IMG/VR virus record: IMGVR_UViG_3300027759_000002
Location: 115,755 to 179,754 of that record
Source of the DNA: a virus
Reading direction: 5' to 3' (one strand)
Length of the DNA: 64,000 nt
The notes below the pieces were generated by a model, which saw only the letters and a program-made list of their open reading frames with translations, made no database searches and was not told the origin of the DNA. Below are positions 53,825 through 63,601 of this stretch, in pieces. The translations under genes were made by a program, and so were the position numbers. Each line of letters begins with the position of its first letter. The stretch's first letter is position 1.

Positions 53825-53947
53825 GCATATAATATGAATACTATAGTACTCCATGGCCATAATGTAAGACTTTTCTCTTATATTGCCATTTCATATAAAA
53901 CCTGTATAATGTAACACATGACAACAAACAATGATGAAAGAACGAAA

Positions 53948-54325
53948 ATGAGTACTTTTGATAACAATTTTGACTTGGGTATTTTTGCAGATACAATTTA
54001 CAATGCATCGGAAAGTATTATTGCTGAAACTGAAAATGTAGAAGAAGGTTTTACTGGTGATATGTTAGATGTAATACATTTTTCTGACATACGTGATTCT
54101 GCTGAGGAATTACAACTTTTGATTGAACGTTATGAGTCAATCGAAAGTATTAAGAACGAAAGTATTAATTTGTACCAGAATGTTAAGTATATCTTAGAAC
54201 ATTGTGAAAATGAAATCTTTAGTACTACTGACACAGAGATAATGAATTCTTTTGATAACATTAGAACTTATGTTGACGTTATACGTGATGCAGTTAATAC
54301 TTTAGTATCAGAGCAGTCGGCTTGA
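53948..54325 (+). CDS. Hypothetical acidic protein
   Basis: Downstream of promoter TTGCCA(53883)/TATAAT(53906). Confidence 0.7.
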   Translation: MSTFDNNFDLGIFADTIYNASESIIAETENVEEGFTGDMLDVIHFSDIRDSAEELQLLIERYESIESIKNESINLYQNVKYILEHCENEIFSTTDTEIMNSFDNIRTYVDVIRDAVNTLVSEQSA

Positions 54326-54393
54326 GAACTATAGTACTCAGGTTGACAAGTGCAGGATTCTATGATATAATGGTATTTTTAAACGGTTAGGAA

Positions 54394-54573
54394 ATGACAA
54401 TGACAAAAAACGAAACTATAGCACTCATTATTGAGTCTATTGTAAGTACTGGGTATTCAGATGCGGATCAATTTATAGAATATATTACTATGATTCTGCC
54501 GCAAATGAGTACGGAAGACTTACAAGAAGAATTAGAATTGTTGGAAGATAATACTATTGGTCTCAGTCAGTAA
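54394..54573 (+). CDS. Hypothetical small protein
   Basis: SD AGGA after promoter TTGACA(54343). Confidence 0.55.
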   Translation: MTMTKNETIALIIESIVSTGYSDADQFIEYITMILPQMSTEDLQEELELLEDNTIGLSQ

Positions 54574-54587
54574 AAGGTACTAAGAAA

Positions 54588-54821
54588 ATGAAATTAATTG
54601 AATACTTTGGTTTCTATCGTTCAGTCGGTAGACGTTCCGCATTACACGGCGTGCCTATCGGTGAACTGGATAATGTAAGACTTTTGTTTGCAAAGGCCGG
54701 TAAGAAGGTAAAGTTTCGTTTTCGGGGTCCACGTGCTCATAACACTTTCCGTTCACCGAACACCAAACAATCGACCTGTTTAAAGCAGGATGCTACTACT
54801 TTTGCAGTATACCCACGTTAG
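54588..54821 (+). CDS. Hypothetical basic protein
   Basis: KFRFRGPR motif. Confidence 0.65.
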   Translation: MKLIEYFGFYRSVGRRSALHGVPIGELDNVRLLFAKAGKKVKFRFRGPRAHNTFRSPNTKQSTCLKQDATTFAVYPR

Positions 54822-54930
54822 TCAGGTAATACTGTAGTACTCCAGTCAGGTAATGGAGTACTATGGTATTAGGTTGCCAAGTCAGGTAAAATCTGGTATA
54901 ATTGTGTTTTAAATCAGTGAGGTAAAATAA

Positions 54931-55185
54931 ATGCGTGATATGATAGAAGAAATGGTGGACGAATTGCTCGATATGGAAGGAACTGTAGAAGTTGCAGGTT
55001 CTGTATTTTCTCGCTCGGCCATTTTGCGTGAGTTAGACCCTACTGCTTATCGTATGCTTTGCAATGATACTGCTGATGCACTTATCGAAGATTTGAAAAG
55101 TGAGTTAGATTATCTCGGCGAAGATGGCGATTTTGATGAGGTAGAAGATTTGAAGGATCGTATTAATCAATTGGAGAATATTTAA
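54931..55185 (+). CDS. Hypothetical acidic protein
   Basis: SD GAGG; LRELDPTAYR. Confidence 0.7.
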   Translation: MRDMIEEMVDELLDMEGTVEVAGSVFSRSAILRELDPTAYRMLCNDTADALIEDLKSELDYLGEDGDFDEVEDLKDRINQLENI

Positions 55186-55343
55186 TGGGTAATAATGTAT
55201 TGTTTTTTGAGACCCGTTCACGGGCAATGGTTTTAGTTGCTGAATTGGTTAATTTGGTACAAAACACTGAATTGTCACAAGCAGATATGGATGAGATATT
55301 CATGGATGCTGTTGAGATGATTCACGAATCACAACCAAACTAA
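55185..55343 (+). CDS. Hypothetical small protein
   Basis: Coupled start, 52 aa. Confidence 0.5.
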   Translation: MGNNVLFFETRSRAMVLVAELVNLVQNTELSQADMDEIFMDAVEMIHESQPN

Positions 55344-55352
55344 GGTAAAATT

Positions 55353-55574
55353 ATGAATGTGCAGTTAGTTCACTTGGCGATTGACCAAATCCGTGACGAT
55401 ATGGATTCTGGTGATTATACAGCAGTTGAAGAATTGCTGAAAAAACTCAGTAATGACGTATTGTATTCCTTCTTAGGTGAAGATAGACAAGAAATTGCGG
55501 ATTCTTATGAATCTCAATATGATGGCCAGCCTGATGAAGCACAGGAATGGCATGATTTTGACCCTGATTGTTAA
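55353..55574 (+). CDS. Hypothetical protein
   Basis: YDGQPDEAQEWHDFDPDC terminus. Confidence 0.7.
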   Translation: MNVQLVHLAIDQIRDDMDSGDYTAVEELLKKLSNDVLYSFLGEDRQEIADSYESQYDGQPDEAQEWHDFDPDC

Positions 55575-55585
55575 TAGGAGATAGT

Positions 55586-55807
55586 ATGAAGGTAAAATTG
55601 CCGTTTGATTGTATGATTCTCGACAAGGAATCTGTCGAGGTAAAAAACCGGTTCTCTGGTGAAGGTGTAATGTTGACGCCCGAAGCGGTAGCAGTATATG
55701 ACACCATAATGGGTTGTGAGATGACAGGCGACTATAAAATGGTTCGCAAAGGACTGGATTGGTTTCGCAAACATTATCCAGCAGAATATATGGTTCTATT
55801 AGATTAA
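55586..55807 (+). CDS. Hypothetical protein
   Basis: NRFSGE..LTPEAVAVYD.IMG.E, WFRKHYP.EYMVLLD. Confidence 0.75.
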   Translation: MKVKLPFDCMILDKESVEVKNRFSGEGVMLTPEAVAVYDTIMGCEMTGDYKMVRKGLDWFRKHYPAEYMVLLD

Positions 55808-55817
55808 GGTAAAAGTA

Positions 55818-56015
55818 ATGACTAACTCAGAATTGATTGATAGACTACAGCAGGCACAGGCGTTGCTTGCTGATGTATATCATTGGGCAGATACGCCTAT
55901 GACTAATGGTTTGCAGATTTCGCCATTAAAGACTAATGCTGAAATTGCCTCGCTGTTGAGCACGGCTGATTCCTGCATTTGGGCTGCATTGGATGAATTG
56001 GATTATAATTCATGA
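55818..56015 (+). CDS. Hypothetical protein
   Basis: SD AAGG. Confidence 0.6.
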   Translation: MTNSELIDRLQQAQALLADVYHWADTPMTNGLQISPLKTNAEIASLLSTADSCIWAALDELDYNS

Positions 56016-56260
56016 ATAAGGTTATCAATGAACTATTCAACCGTGCAGGCGGTTGGACGGAAGTGTGTGATGTATCAGGCGAAGAAATTCTAACCTATAA
56101 CGAGCACTTGGATCCTGAGAAATTCGCTAAATTGATTGTGTTGGAGTGTATGCATGAATGCCTGCGTATGCAGTTAGGCAATCAATATACACCAGAAGAA
56201 CTGTTGTTTCAAACTAAGTATCGTAAGATTATCAAAGAACATTTTGGAGTAGAAGAATGA
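56012..56260 (+). CDS. Small paralog-family protein, copy 2
   Basis: EKFAKLIVLEC..IKEHFGVEE. Confidence 0.7.
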   Translation: MNKVINELFNRAGGWTEVCDVSGEEILTYNEHLDPEKFAKLIVLECMHECLRMQLGNQYTPEELLFQTKYRKIIKEHFGVEE

Positions 56261-56436
56261 AAGATTTAAACTGGTTGTATATGTTGGACGTATTGTCTGG
56301 CGCTAAATTCAGTAATTATGGTTTGCAGTGTTTGGCAGAATTGAATATTGGTGAAATCAAATCACGGAAAGAATATCCGTTATTGACCCAGCGCCTGTAC
56401 ACACCAACACGAATGGAAAAATTCGCAATGCAATAA
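56257..56436 (+). CDS. Hypothetical small protein
   Basis: ATGA overlap, 59 aa. Confidence 0.5.
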   Translation: MKDLNWLYMLDVLSGAKFSNYGLQCLAELNIGEIKSRKEYPLLTQRLYTPTRMEKFAMQ

Positions 56437-56523
56437 TACTTGACCTAGGAGATGGAGTACTTTAGTATTAAGGTTGCCATTACCTAGGATTCATGTATAA
56501 TGACACATTCAATAGGAGATATT

Positions 56524-57051
56524 ATGGAATTTCAAACTGGTAAACCCCCACAAACTGCCATGTATTTGGTCGACCGTGGGATGCAAGGCAAGTATTATCG
56601 TTGGTATGATGCAGAAACCGATACCTGGTCAATGTGCGGTTCTGATATGACCGAAGCATTGTCATTTGTTGGTCGTCCATCGCCTGTTGGTTTCTTCCCA
56701 TGGGTAGGTCCTATGACTGGTCCCCGATTCAACCCTGCTACAGGTGTTGCTGATCCTGAAGTTAAGACACCAAAAGTTGCCAAAGTAAAACCTGCATCAC
56801 GTAAGATGGCACGCCAACGTACAGTGACACCAACCAAACTGGTTATTTCCAAAGTTGGCAATACCACTGTTGGTTCTATTGTAAAAGGCACTAAAACAAC
56901 GCATCCTGATGGTACTGTATTCTTCCGTGCGGATCGTCAAAAATGGGTTGCTATGATGAATGGCAAACAAGAAGCAGCACGACCAACACCTGAAGCGTGT
57001 TTGTCGTTTTTGAAGAAAAAGTATAATGTGGAAGGCATTGTGTTAAAATGA
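56524..57051 (+). CDS. Hypothetical protein with a basic Pro/Thr linker
   Basis: SD AGGAG; follows the promoter at 56474. Confidence 0.7.
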   Translation: MEFQTGKPPQTAMYLVDRGMQGKYYRWYDAETDTWSMCGSDMTEALSFVGRPSPVGFFPWVGPMTGPRFNPATGVADPEVKTPKVAKVKPASRKMARQRTVTPTKLVISKVGNTTVGSIVKGTKTTHPDGTVFFRADRQKWVAMMNGKQEAARPTPEACLSFLKKKYNVEGIVLK

Positions 57052-57509
57052 TTAAGACTAAAAAAATTGCAGGTTGGGAAGATTATTCGGTCAGCACCGA
57101 TGGTCGTGTGTTTTCAAAAAAACGTGGTGAATTGGTTGAATTGACTCAAACCAAAGGCACAACTGGTTATTATAATGTTGGATTTTCTAATAAAAAGGAA
57201 AAGAAAACATTTCAAGTCCACCGATTGATTGCAATATCATTTATAACCAATCGTAAAAATTTAGAAATTGTTAATCATTTAGATGGCAACAAATTGAATA
57301 ATGATGTATCAAATTTAGAATGGACAACCCGTGGTGGCAATGGTGACCACGCCGGCAAGGTTTTAGGACCAAAGCAACGTGCTGAACGTAAAGCCAAAAA
57401 AGATAATGAAATGAAATCAAAACTTTCTATTATAGATTTTTCACACTCTGCTTGCACTGCCAATCCTGAGTTGTTTCATTCAATTTATAAAACTGTTATG
57501 GGAGTTTAA
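57048..57509 (+). mobile_element. NUMOD4-HNH homing endonuclease gene
   Basis: YSVSTDGRV, VHRLIA, VNHLDGNKLNN.VSNLEW.T..GN. Confidence 0.85.
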
Positions 57510-57510
57510 A

Positions 57511-57903
57511 ATGGGTTTAGATATGTACGCATTCCGTGTAAAAGCGGAATATGTGATTGACGATTTTAATATACGTGGTCAGGACGCTGGTCGTGAAGAT
57601 GATTTAGAAGAATTGGCCTATTGGCGTAAGCATCACGACCTCCATGGTTGGATGGAACGCCTGTATCGTTCAAAAGGCGGCGACCAAGAATCGTTTAATT
57701 GTGTGCCTGTACGATTGACAATGCAAGACCTCCAACTGTTGGAACATGATGTATTGAACGGCAGACTACCTGAAACGCAGGGGTTTTTCTTTGGCACCAA
57801 TCCGCCTGATGAATGGACAATGGAACAGGACATGAAATTCATTGTTTCTGCCAAAATGGCCATTACTCAAGGTGATGCCGTTTATTATGATTCATGGTGG
57901 TAA
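57511..57903 (+). CDS. Hypothetical phage protein
   Basis: MGLDMYA, YWRKHHDLHGWME, GFFFG, YYDSWW. Confidence 0.8.
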   Translation: MGLDMYAFRVKAEYVIDDFNIRGQDAGREDDLEELAYWRKHHDLHGWMERLYRSKGGDQESFNCVPVRLTMQDLQLLEHDVLNGRLPETQGFFFGTNPPDEWTMEQDMKFIVSAKMAITQGDAVYYDSWW

Positions 57904-58055
57904 TATTAAACTGATAATTGTACTGATATTAATTGGTTCAATTATTGGTTGTGCCCAAACTGGCCAAAATGATGATATGACCAATGCCAAAATCAAACAA
58001 ATGAGCACAATGAGAAATCCCATATGTCGTGAGGTTGGTTCGTATTTGTATTGTA

Positions 58056-58250
58056 ATGAAAGATGATATGAAAGAAATTATTAAGGCAGGCATTTGGATT
58101 TTACTTACTGTAGTGGTAATCAGTGCATATCAGGATTTGAGTGAAACAAGTGACCGCAATATTATCCGTAAAATGGTATATAAATGTGAAAAAGACTTGC
58201 CAAGAAATCAACAATGTTATATAATTGCGGTGCCCCCCAGTAAGGATTAA
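58056..58250 (+). CDS. Hypothetical membrane-anchored protein
   Basis: N-terminal TM; CE..LPRNQ.C. Confidence 0.55.
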   Translation: MKDDMKEIIKAGIWILLTVVVISAYQDLSETSDRNIIRKMVYKCEKDLPRNQQCYIIAVPPSKD

Positions 58251-58259
58251 GGATTAATT

Positions 58260-58478
58260 ATGAAAGAAGTAACTATTAAATTAGGTTGGGATACTGTTGA
58301 TAGTATCATACAAACGGAATTGCAAAGTACCTATGAGTCATTAAAACAAGATATGGTAAATCGGTCTGAAGGACGTGGTTTTGCTATATTTGATGTTGAT
58401 GAAGCAAAGGACATTGGTGAGATTGCCGAACACCTTTATTGCCTTAAAAAGGTAATGACATATTGGGGAGTTAAATGA
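58260..58478 (+). CDS. Hypothetical protein
   Basis: SD AAGGA. Confidence 0.65.
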   Translation: MKEVTIKLGWDTVDSIIQTELQSTYESLKQDMVNRSEGRGFAIFDVDEAKDIGEIAEHLYCLKKVMTYWGVK

Positions 58479-58731
58479 TATATGGATTTGGAAACATTTA
58501 CTCACCGCTGGAATGATGCCGTTGTCACATATGATGAGTACAAAAAACTGATTGCAGCGCACCAGGAATGGGTGGACGCACAGGAAAAGCAGGCAGCAAT
58601 GGTTGCTGAAGCAGAGAAACCGAAGCGTTCCAAGAAGAATACTTGACCGGACTGCTTGAGTACTAAAGTACTAGGTTGCCATTAGTACCAAAACCTGTAT
58701 AATACGTAGTATTGATTGATTAGGAGTAACG

Positions 58732-59610
58732 ATGATTGATGTGAAATTTGTTGGTGGTAAGTATGTTGCTGTTATCAACGGCAAGACTGTAAAGCGTTCA
58801 AACAAGGCGCATATGGATTATGTCATCCGTAAGGCACAATCAGAATCCAATTCTATTGCACCTGTGCTTGAGTCCCGTTTCAGTATCAACCAACGCTTTG
58901 GTTTTGTGTCTGATATGGTTACTATGCTTGCTAACGGCGCACAAGCATCCGTTGTTGTGACTGGTCCTGGTGGTCTTGGCAAGTCTTTCACTGTGTCACA
59001 AACACTGACAGCACTTGGCTTCAAAGATATATCAGTGCTAGAAGATTTCGCTGTTGGCACGATCCTAAAGACTACCAAGACTTTCCGTGTCATCAAAGGT
59101 TATTCAACACCTAAAGGCCTGTACCGTACACTTTATGAAAATAAAGACGGCGTTATTGTGTTTGATGATTGTGATTCCGTCCTTAAGGATCCTACATCAT
59201 TGAACCTGCTCAAAGGTGCGCTTGATTCATATTCACGCCGTATCATTTCATGGCGTGCTGATATCAAAGATGAAGATTTACCTACATCCTTTGAATTCAA
59301 AGGTCGTGTTGTGTTTATCTCCAACTTGTCCGCATCCAATATTGACCAGGCTATCCTGACCCGTTCATTGGCTGTTGACTTGTCTATGACCACAAAGCAA
59401 AAGGTCGAACGTATGCGCCACCTGTTGTCTACAGGTGAGTTTATGCCTGAGTTTGACAAAGCAGTCAAGGTAGATGCCATGAATTTGATTGAGAAACACC
59501 AAGATTCAGTTAAAGAGTTATCGCTCCGTACACTGATTCAGGTAACAAAGATTCGTCAAGGCGCAGGTAAAAACTGGTCTGATTTGGCTGAGTATGCAAT
59601 TTGTGGTTAA
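58732..59610 (+). CDS. AAA+-type ATPase
   Basis: TGPGGLGKS, VFDDCD, VFISN; follows an AGTACT promoter (58659-58701). Confidence 0.85.
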   Translation: MIDVKFVGGKYVAVINGKTVKRSNKAHMDYVIRKAQSESNSIAPVLESRFSINQRFGFVSDMVTMLANGAQASVVVTGPGGLGKSFTVSQTLTALGFKDISVLEDFAVGTILKTTKTFRVIKGYSTPKGLYRTLYENKDGVIVFDDCDSVLKDPTSLNLLKGALDSYSRRIISWRADIKDEDLPTSFEFKGRVVFISNLSASNIDQAILTRSLAVDLSMTTKQKVERMRHLLSTGEFMPEFDKAVKVDAMNLIEKHQDSVKELSLRTLIQVTKIRQGAGKNWSDLAEYAICG

Positions 59611-59721
59611 TCAGGTGACACATTTTGAAAAGATTATAGATAACACATTCACCTTTTTAGGTATTCTAATTTGGTGTTGTGTTATGGCTTTTGGTTTAGG
59701 TTTATTGATTGGATTTTTATT

Positions 59722-60006
59722 ATGGTAAAAGTTGTTATTAATCGTTGTTTTGGTGGATTTGGTTTATCTGAAGCTGCACTGGATGAATATAAAAGACGTA
59801 GAGGTATTACTGATGAAAACTTTTGGTATTATGATATACCAAGAGATTGTCCAGACCTTGTGGCAATGATTGAAGAATATGGTACCGATGCGGGTGGTGA
59901 TTTCTCAGATTTAAAAATCGTAGAAGTTCCCGATGCTGTAAATTGGTACATTGAAGAATATGATGGTATGGAACATGTGGCAGAACGCCACAGAACATGG
60001 AATTAA
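59722..60006 (+). CDS. Hypothetical phage protein
   Basis: KVVINRCFGGFGLS, R.CPDLV, EYDG.E. Confidence 0.8.
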   Translation: MVKVVINRCFGGFGLSEAALDEYKRRRGITDENFWYYDIPRDCPDLVAMIEEYGTDAGGDFSDLKIVEVPDAVNWYIEEYDGMEHVAERHRTWN

Positions 60007-60007
60007 T

Positions 60008-60241
60008 ATGTGGCGTAAAAGAGAAATTGATAATAAGATTAAATCTACTTTGCAAAAGGCCGATTGTGATAATATGCTGATGGCATTGCTTGGTCGCCAA
60101 GAATTGGTAGATAGATGGTGGGATAGTCCAAATATGCATTTTGATTTTAAACATCCAATTGATGTATTTAATTTGAGTGATGATGGTCGCCAAGCAGTTG
60201 TCAGTTATGTTACGGAACATTGCTATGGTGGATATCATTGA
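60008..60241 (+). CDS. Hypothetical protein
   Basis: LG...LVDRWWDSPN..FD..HP. Confidence 0.7.
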   Translation: MWRKREIDNKIKSTLQKADCDNMLMALLGRQELVDRWWDSPNMHFDFKHPIDVFNLSDDGRQAVVSYVTEHCYGGYH

Positions 60242-60493
60242 ATGAATGACCGAATTAAAGAATTGGCTCTACAATGTGGTGCATGGCACCAAGTGTATGG
60301 TGAGCAAAGACTTATGAATAATGAGAATTTTAATTATGAGAAATTCGCCACGTTGGTTGTTCAGGATTGTATTGATATTGTGGAAAACCTATCGCCAGGT
60401 TATAAAGACTATCGTGACCAGATTGAAGATGCATTCCGTAGGGATTGTGTGTTAGAGATTAAACATAAATTTGAAATCAAAGATGAAAAGTAA
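60242..60493 (+). CDS. Small paralog-family protein, copy 3
   Basis: MNDRIKELA..EKFATLVVQDCI..IKHKF. Confidence 0.7.
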   Translation: MNDRIKELALQCGAWHQVYGEQRLMNNENFNYEKFATLVVQDCIDIVENLSPGYKDYRDQIEDAFRRDCVLEIKHKFEIKDEK

Positions 60494-60681
60494 TGTGCTT
60501 GAGCGTGAACGCAAGAAAACAAACACAATAACCTATATTGTGTGTATAATGATGTTGTTAGCATTAATATTCCACCTCATGAACTGACTGTTGTATTTGT
60601 ACAACAACTGCCAATTTTTGTTGCCAACCACTGGCACCTGTGATATAATACTTGTATTGATTGATTGAAAAAGGTTTTGTA

Positions 60682-62844
60682 ATGATTCTCAATAGCGCAC
60701 CTCAAGCAGAGGCCATTCTTTCCAATGTTGGTGAAATCGGTGAGTTCCGTATCCGTAATTCAGCAAAAGCATTTAACATTCTTTCCAGCGGTTTGTACGC
60801 CAATAAGATTAAGGCGATAATTCGTGAGCTGTCATGTAATGCCATTGATAGTCACACCGCAGCAGGCACCACACAACCTTTCGAGGTGCACCTGCCAACC
60901 ACACTAGAACCGTGGTTTTCTATTCGTGACTTTGGCACTGGTTTGTCACATGACCAAGTAACCAAGATTTACACCACATATTTTGAATCAACCAAAACCG
61001 AATCTAATGAGTTTATCGGTGCTCTTGGTCTTGGTTCAAAATCTCCATTCTCTTATACTGATAACTTCACTGTCACCGCTATTCAAAATGGCCGCAAAGG
61101 CATTTACTCTGCCTTTATCAATGACGTTGGTGTGCCATCTATTGCTCTGATGGGTGAAGAAGCGGTAGCAGAATCTAATGGCGTTGAGGTAAAATTCTCC
61201 GTCAATGACAGGTATGACTTTAGTAAATTTACTGATGAAGCAGTAAAAGTATATCGTTGGTTTCCTGTATTGCCTACAATTACAGGTAACACAATCATAA
61301 TTGAACCTGCTGAATATGAAACCAAAAATATTATTCCTGGTGTTCATTCACTTAAAAATGATTTTCATGGTCGCAATTCATCCACAGCTGTGATGGGTAA
61401 CATCGCATATCCAATTGATGTACCACAAGCAGAACAATCACTTGAAGGCGTACACCAATTATTGAAATGTGGCCTTGTAATTGAATTTGGTATTGGTGAG
61501 TTAGACTTTCAAGCAAGTCGTGAAGGTTTGTCTTACATTCCATTGACCATTGATTCTATTCGCAAAAAATTGGTTGCAGTTAATTCTGCATTGGCCAAGG
61601 TTCTCGCTGTTGAGGCTGATGCAATTGAAGGTCAATGGGAACGTTCAATGTTTCTGTATAACAAGAAACGCCTTACATTGTGGTCATCGGCTGTGAATGA
61701 ATATGTGACCACTACAGATTTTCCTTTGTTTGATGTAAAAAATAATTATAAACACTCATTTGATATCAAGGCTGATTTGCTTGATTTGGAGGTTATGAAC
61801 ATTCATATCAAACAATTTGAATCTGAACGTGGTAATAGTCGTTGTAAGAATCATAATCCTTCTATATCTTACGACAAAGGCCAAAAACGTATTGAGTATT
61901 GGGATATCGAAGTTGACAACAGCACAATGTTTGTTGAGAATGATTGTAAAAAAGGTTCATTTGAACGTGCTAAGTTTCATTTCCGTAATAAAGAAAAGAA
62001 TACTTACCGTGAATATGTGTATGTGTTAGATAGACTTGACAAAACCAAACCAATGAACTTGGTTGCTTTCTATACAATGTTGCACAATCCACCTGCTGCA
62101 CAACGTATGACTGCATCAACGTTGAATGAAAAACCACGTAAGAATGGTGCTGGTAATGGTTTTGGTAAGAACGTAACTATTCTCCAACTTGACCGCCGTG
62201 GTGGACATTCAAATCGTTCAGCATCACAAGATTTTGTGTGGCGTGCTGCTGATACATTGGACAAATTTGATAAGACAGAAAAGTTTTATTATATTCCATT
62301 GTCTGGTTTTGTTCCACAGTTTACCAAATTGTGTAATAGTGTTGACCAGTTGAAACACTTGTTGAATAGAACCGAGATTGCAGAATTGAGGGTTGATGTA
62401 TATGGTGTCCGTAAAGGTGATATTGAATCTATCAAAAAGATGCCAAACTGGATTAACCTTGAAGACCATATTTCTACCACTTTGAGTGCCTTAAATACCA
62501 AAATTTGTATGGCATCCGTGATGGAAAAGCTTGACAAGCACGACATTTTCAATTATAATTACCAAACAGTAGTTGATGGTGTTGATGTAAAAAGTCCTGC
62601 AAAGTCATTCTTAGATGCCTTTGTTGGTCTACCAAAGTTGAAAGGCATCACTTGGTTGCAACAACTAATGCGAGCAATGCAAGTTGAAAACAACATGAAT
62701 GTTGATGATTTGGTGTTGGAAAACAAGCAAAAGTTGGCTGATTTTTCTAAGCGATACCCTCTGCTTGATAAACTGAGTTCGTATGCAAATGAGGGTGATG
62801 TGTGTGAGTATATTAATTTGATTGACACAGTGAAAGGTGTTTAA
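60682..62844 (+). CDS. rIIA: rIIA-like protein (N-terminal GHKL ATPase)
   Basis: LSSGLY..K..AIIREL.CNAID.H, RDFGTG, GLGSKS; paired with rIIB. Confidence 0.9.
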   Translation: MILNSAPQAEAILSNVGEIGEFRIRNSAKAFNILSSGLYANKIKAIIRELSCNAIDSHTAAGTTQPFEVHLPTTLEPWFSIRDFGTGLSHDQVTKIYTTYFESTKTESNEFIGALGLGSKSPFSYTDNFTVTAIQNGRKGIYSAFINDVGVPSIALMGEEAVAESNGVEVKFSVNDRYDFSKFTDEAVKVYRWFPVLPTITGNTIIIEPAEYETKNIIPGVHSLKNDFHGRNSSTAVMGNIAYPIDVPQAEQSLEGVHQLLKCGLVIEFGIGELDFQASREGLSYIPLTIDSIRKKLVAVNSALAKVLAVEADAIEGQWERSMFLYNKKRLTLWSSAVNEYVTTTDFPLFDVKNNYKHSFDIKADLLDLEVMNIHIKQFESERGNSRCKNHNPSISYDKGQKRIEYWDIEVDNSTMFVENDCKKGSFERAKFHFRNKEKNTYREYVYVLDRLDKTKPMNLVAFYTMLHNPPAAQRMTASTLNEKPRKNGAGNGFGKNVTILQLDRRGGHSNRSASQDFVWRAADTLDKFDKTEKFYYIPLSGFVPQFTKLCNSVDQLKHLLNRTEIAELRVDVYGVRKGDIESIKKMPNWINLEDHISTTLSALNTKICMASVMEKLDKHDIFNYNYQTVVDGVDVKSPAKSFLDAFVGLPKLKGITWLQQLMRAMQVENNMNVDDLVLENKQKLADFSKRYPLLDKLSSYANEGDVCEYINLIDTVKGV

Positions 62845-62845
62845 G

Positions 62846-63601
62846 ATGTTTCCGTATTTGATTCAAGGTTCTAATGTTGTGGTTGTTATTGATAATACAC
62901 CACACACAATTTCTAAAACCCATATCACCTATCAAAAGGTAGTTGATGCCATCAAGGCAAGTGATTGGGAAGCTGTGCGTGATACAATCAATCCTAAAAA
63001 GGTTGTGTTGAATTATGGTGCAGGTAATATTGAAGTACAAGGCGAGAAATTGTTTTGGAAAGGCACAGAGATGCATGGTGCCATTGTTAACCGCATGGTT
63101 GAGATGTTGCAATCAGGTTTTCCAATTGAACCATTGGCCAACTTCATGCAGAACATGATGGAAAACCCATCGTTCCGTGCTGTGAATGAGTTGTATGGTT
63201 TCTTGGAAAAGAATCGTTTGCCAATTACAGGCGATGGTCATTTCTTGGCATACAAAAAAGTCCGTAATGATTACAAAGATTGTCATACAGGCACAATGGA
63301 TAATTCTGTTGGTATGTTTGTGGAGATGGAACGCAACCAAGTTAATGATGACAAGAATCAAACCTGCTCTGCTGGTTTGCATTTCTGCTCTGAGTCCTAT
63401 TTGGCTCACTTTGGTGGCGAACGCACGGTGATTGTTAAAATCAATCCCCGTGATGTTGTATCTATTCCAACAGATTACGACAATGCGAAAGGTCGTGCCT
63501 GCCGTTATGAGGTGATTGGTGAAGTTGGTGTGATGCCAGATGATGAAGAAGAATTCACTGCACCTGTGCAAGAAAATGCAAATAGCTGGATTGAACCTTA
63601 A
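62846..63601 (+). CDS. rIIB: rIIB-like protein
   Basis: LYGFLE...LPIT.DG.FLAYK.V, CSAGLHFCS..Y, INPRDVVSIP.DY..KGR.C.YEV. Confidence 0.92.
   Translation: MFPYLIQGSNVVVVIDNTPHTISKTHITYQKVVDAIKASDWEAVRDTINPKKVVLNYGAGNIEVQGEKLFWKGTEMHGAIVNRMVEMLQSGFPIEPLANFMQNMMENPSFRAVNELYGFLEKNRLPITGDGHFLAYKKVRNDYKDCHTGTMDNSVGMFVEMERNQVNDDKNQTCSAGLHFCSESYLAHFGGERTVIVKINPRDVVSIPTDYDNAKGRACRYEVIGEVGVMPDDEEEFTAPVQENANSWIEP

Noticed and set aside
60682-62844. Hsp90/HtpG chaperone call
   Set aside because: Only the GHKL domain matches; adjacency to rIIB indicates rIIA.
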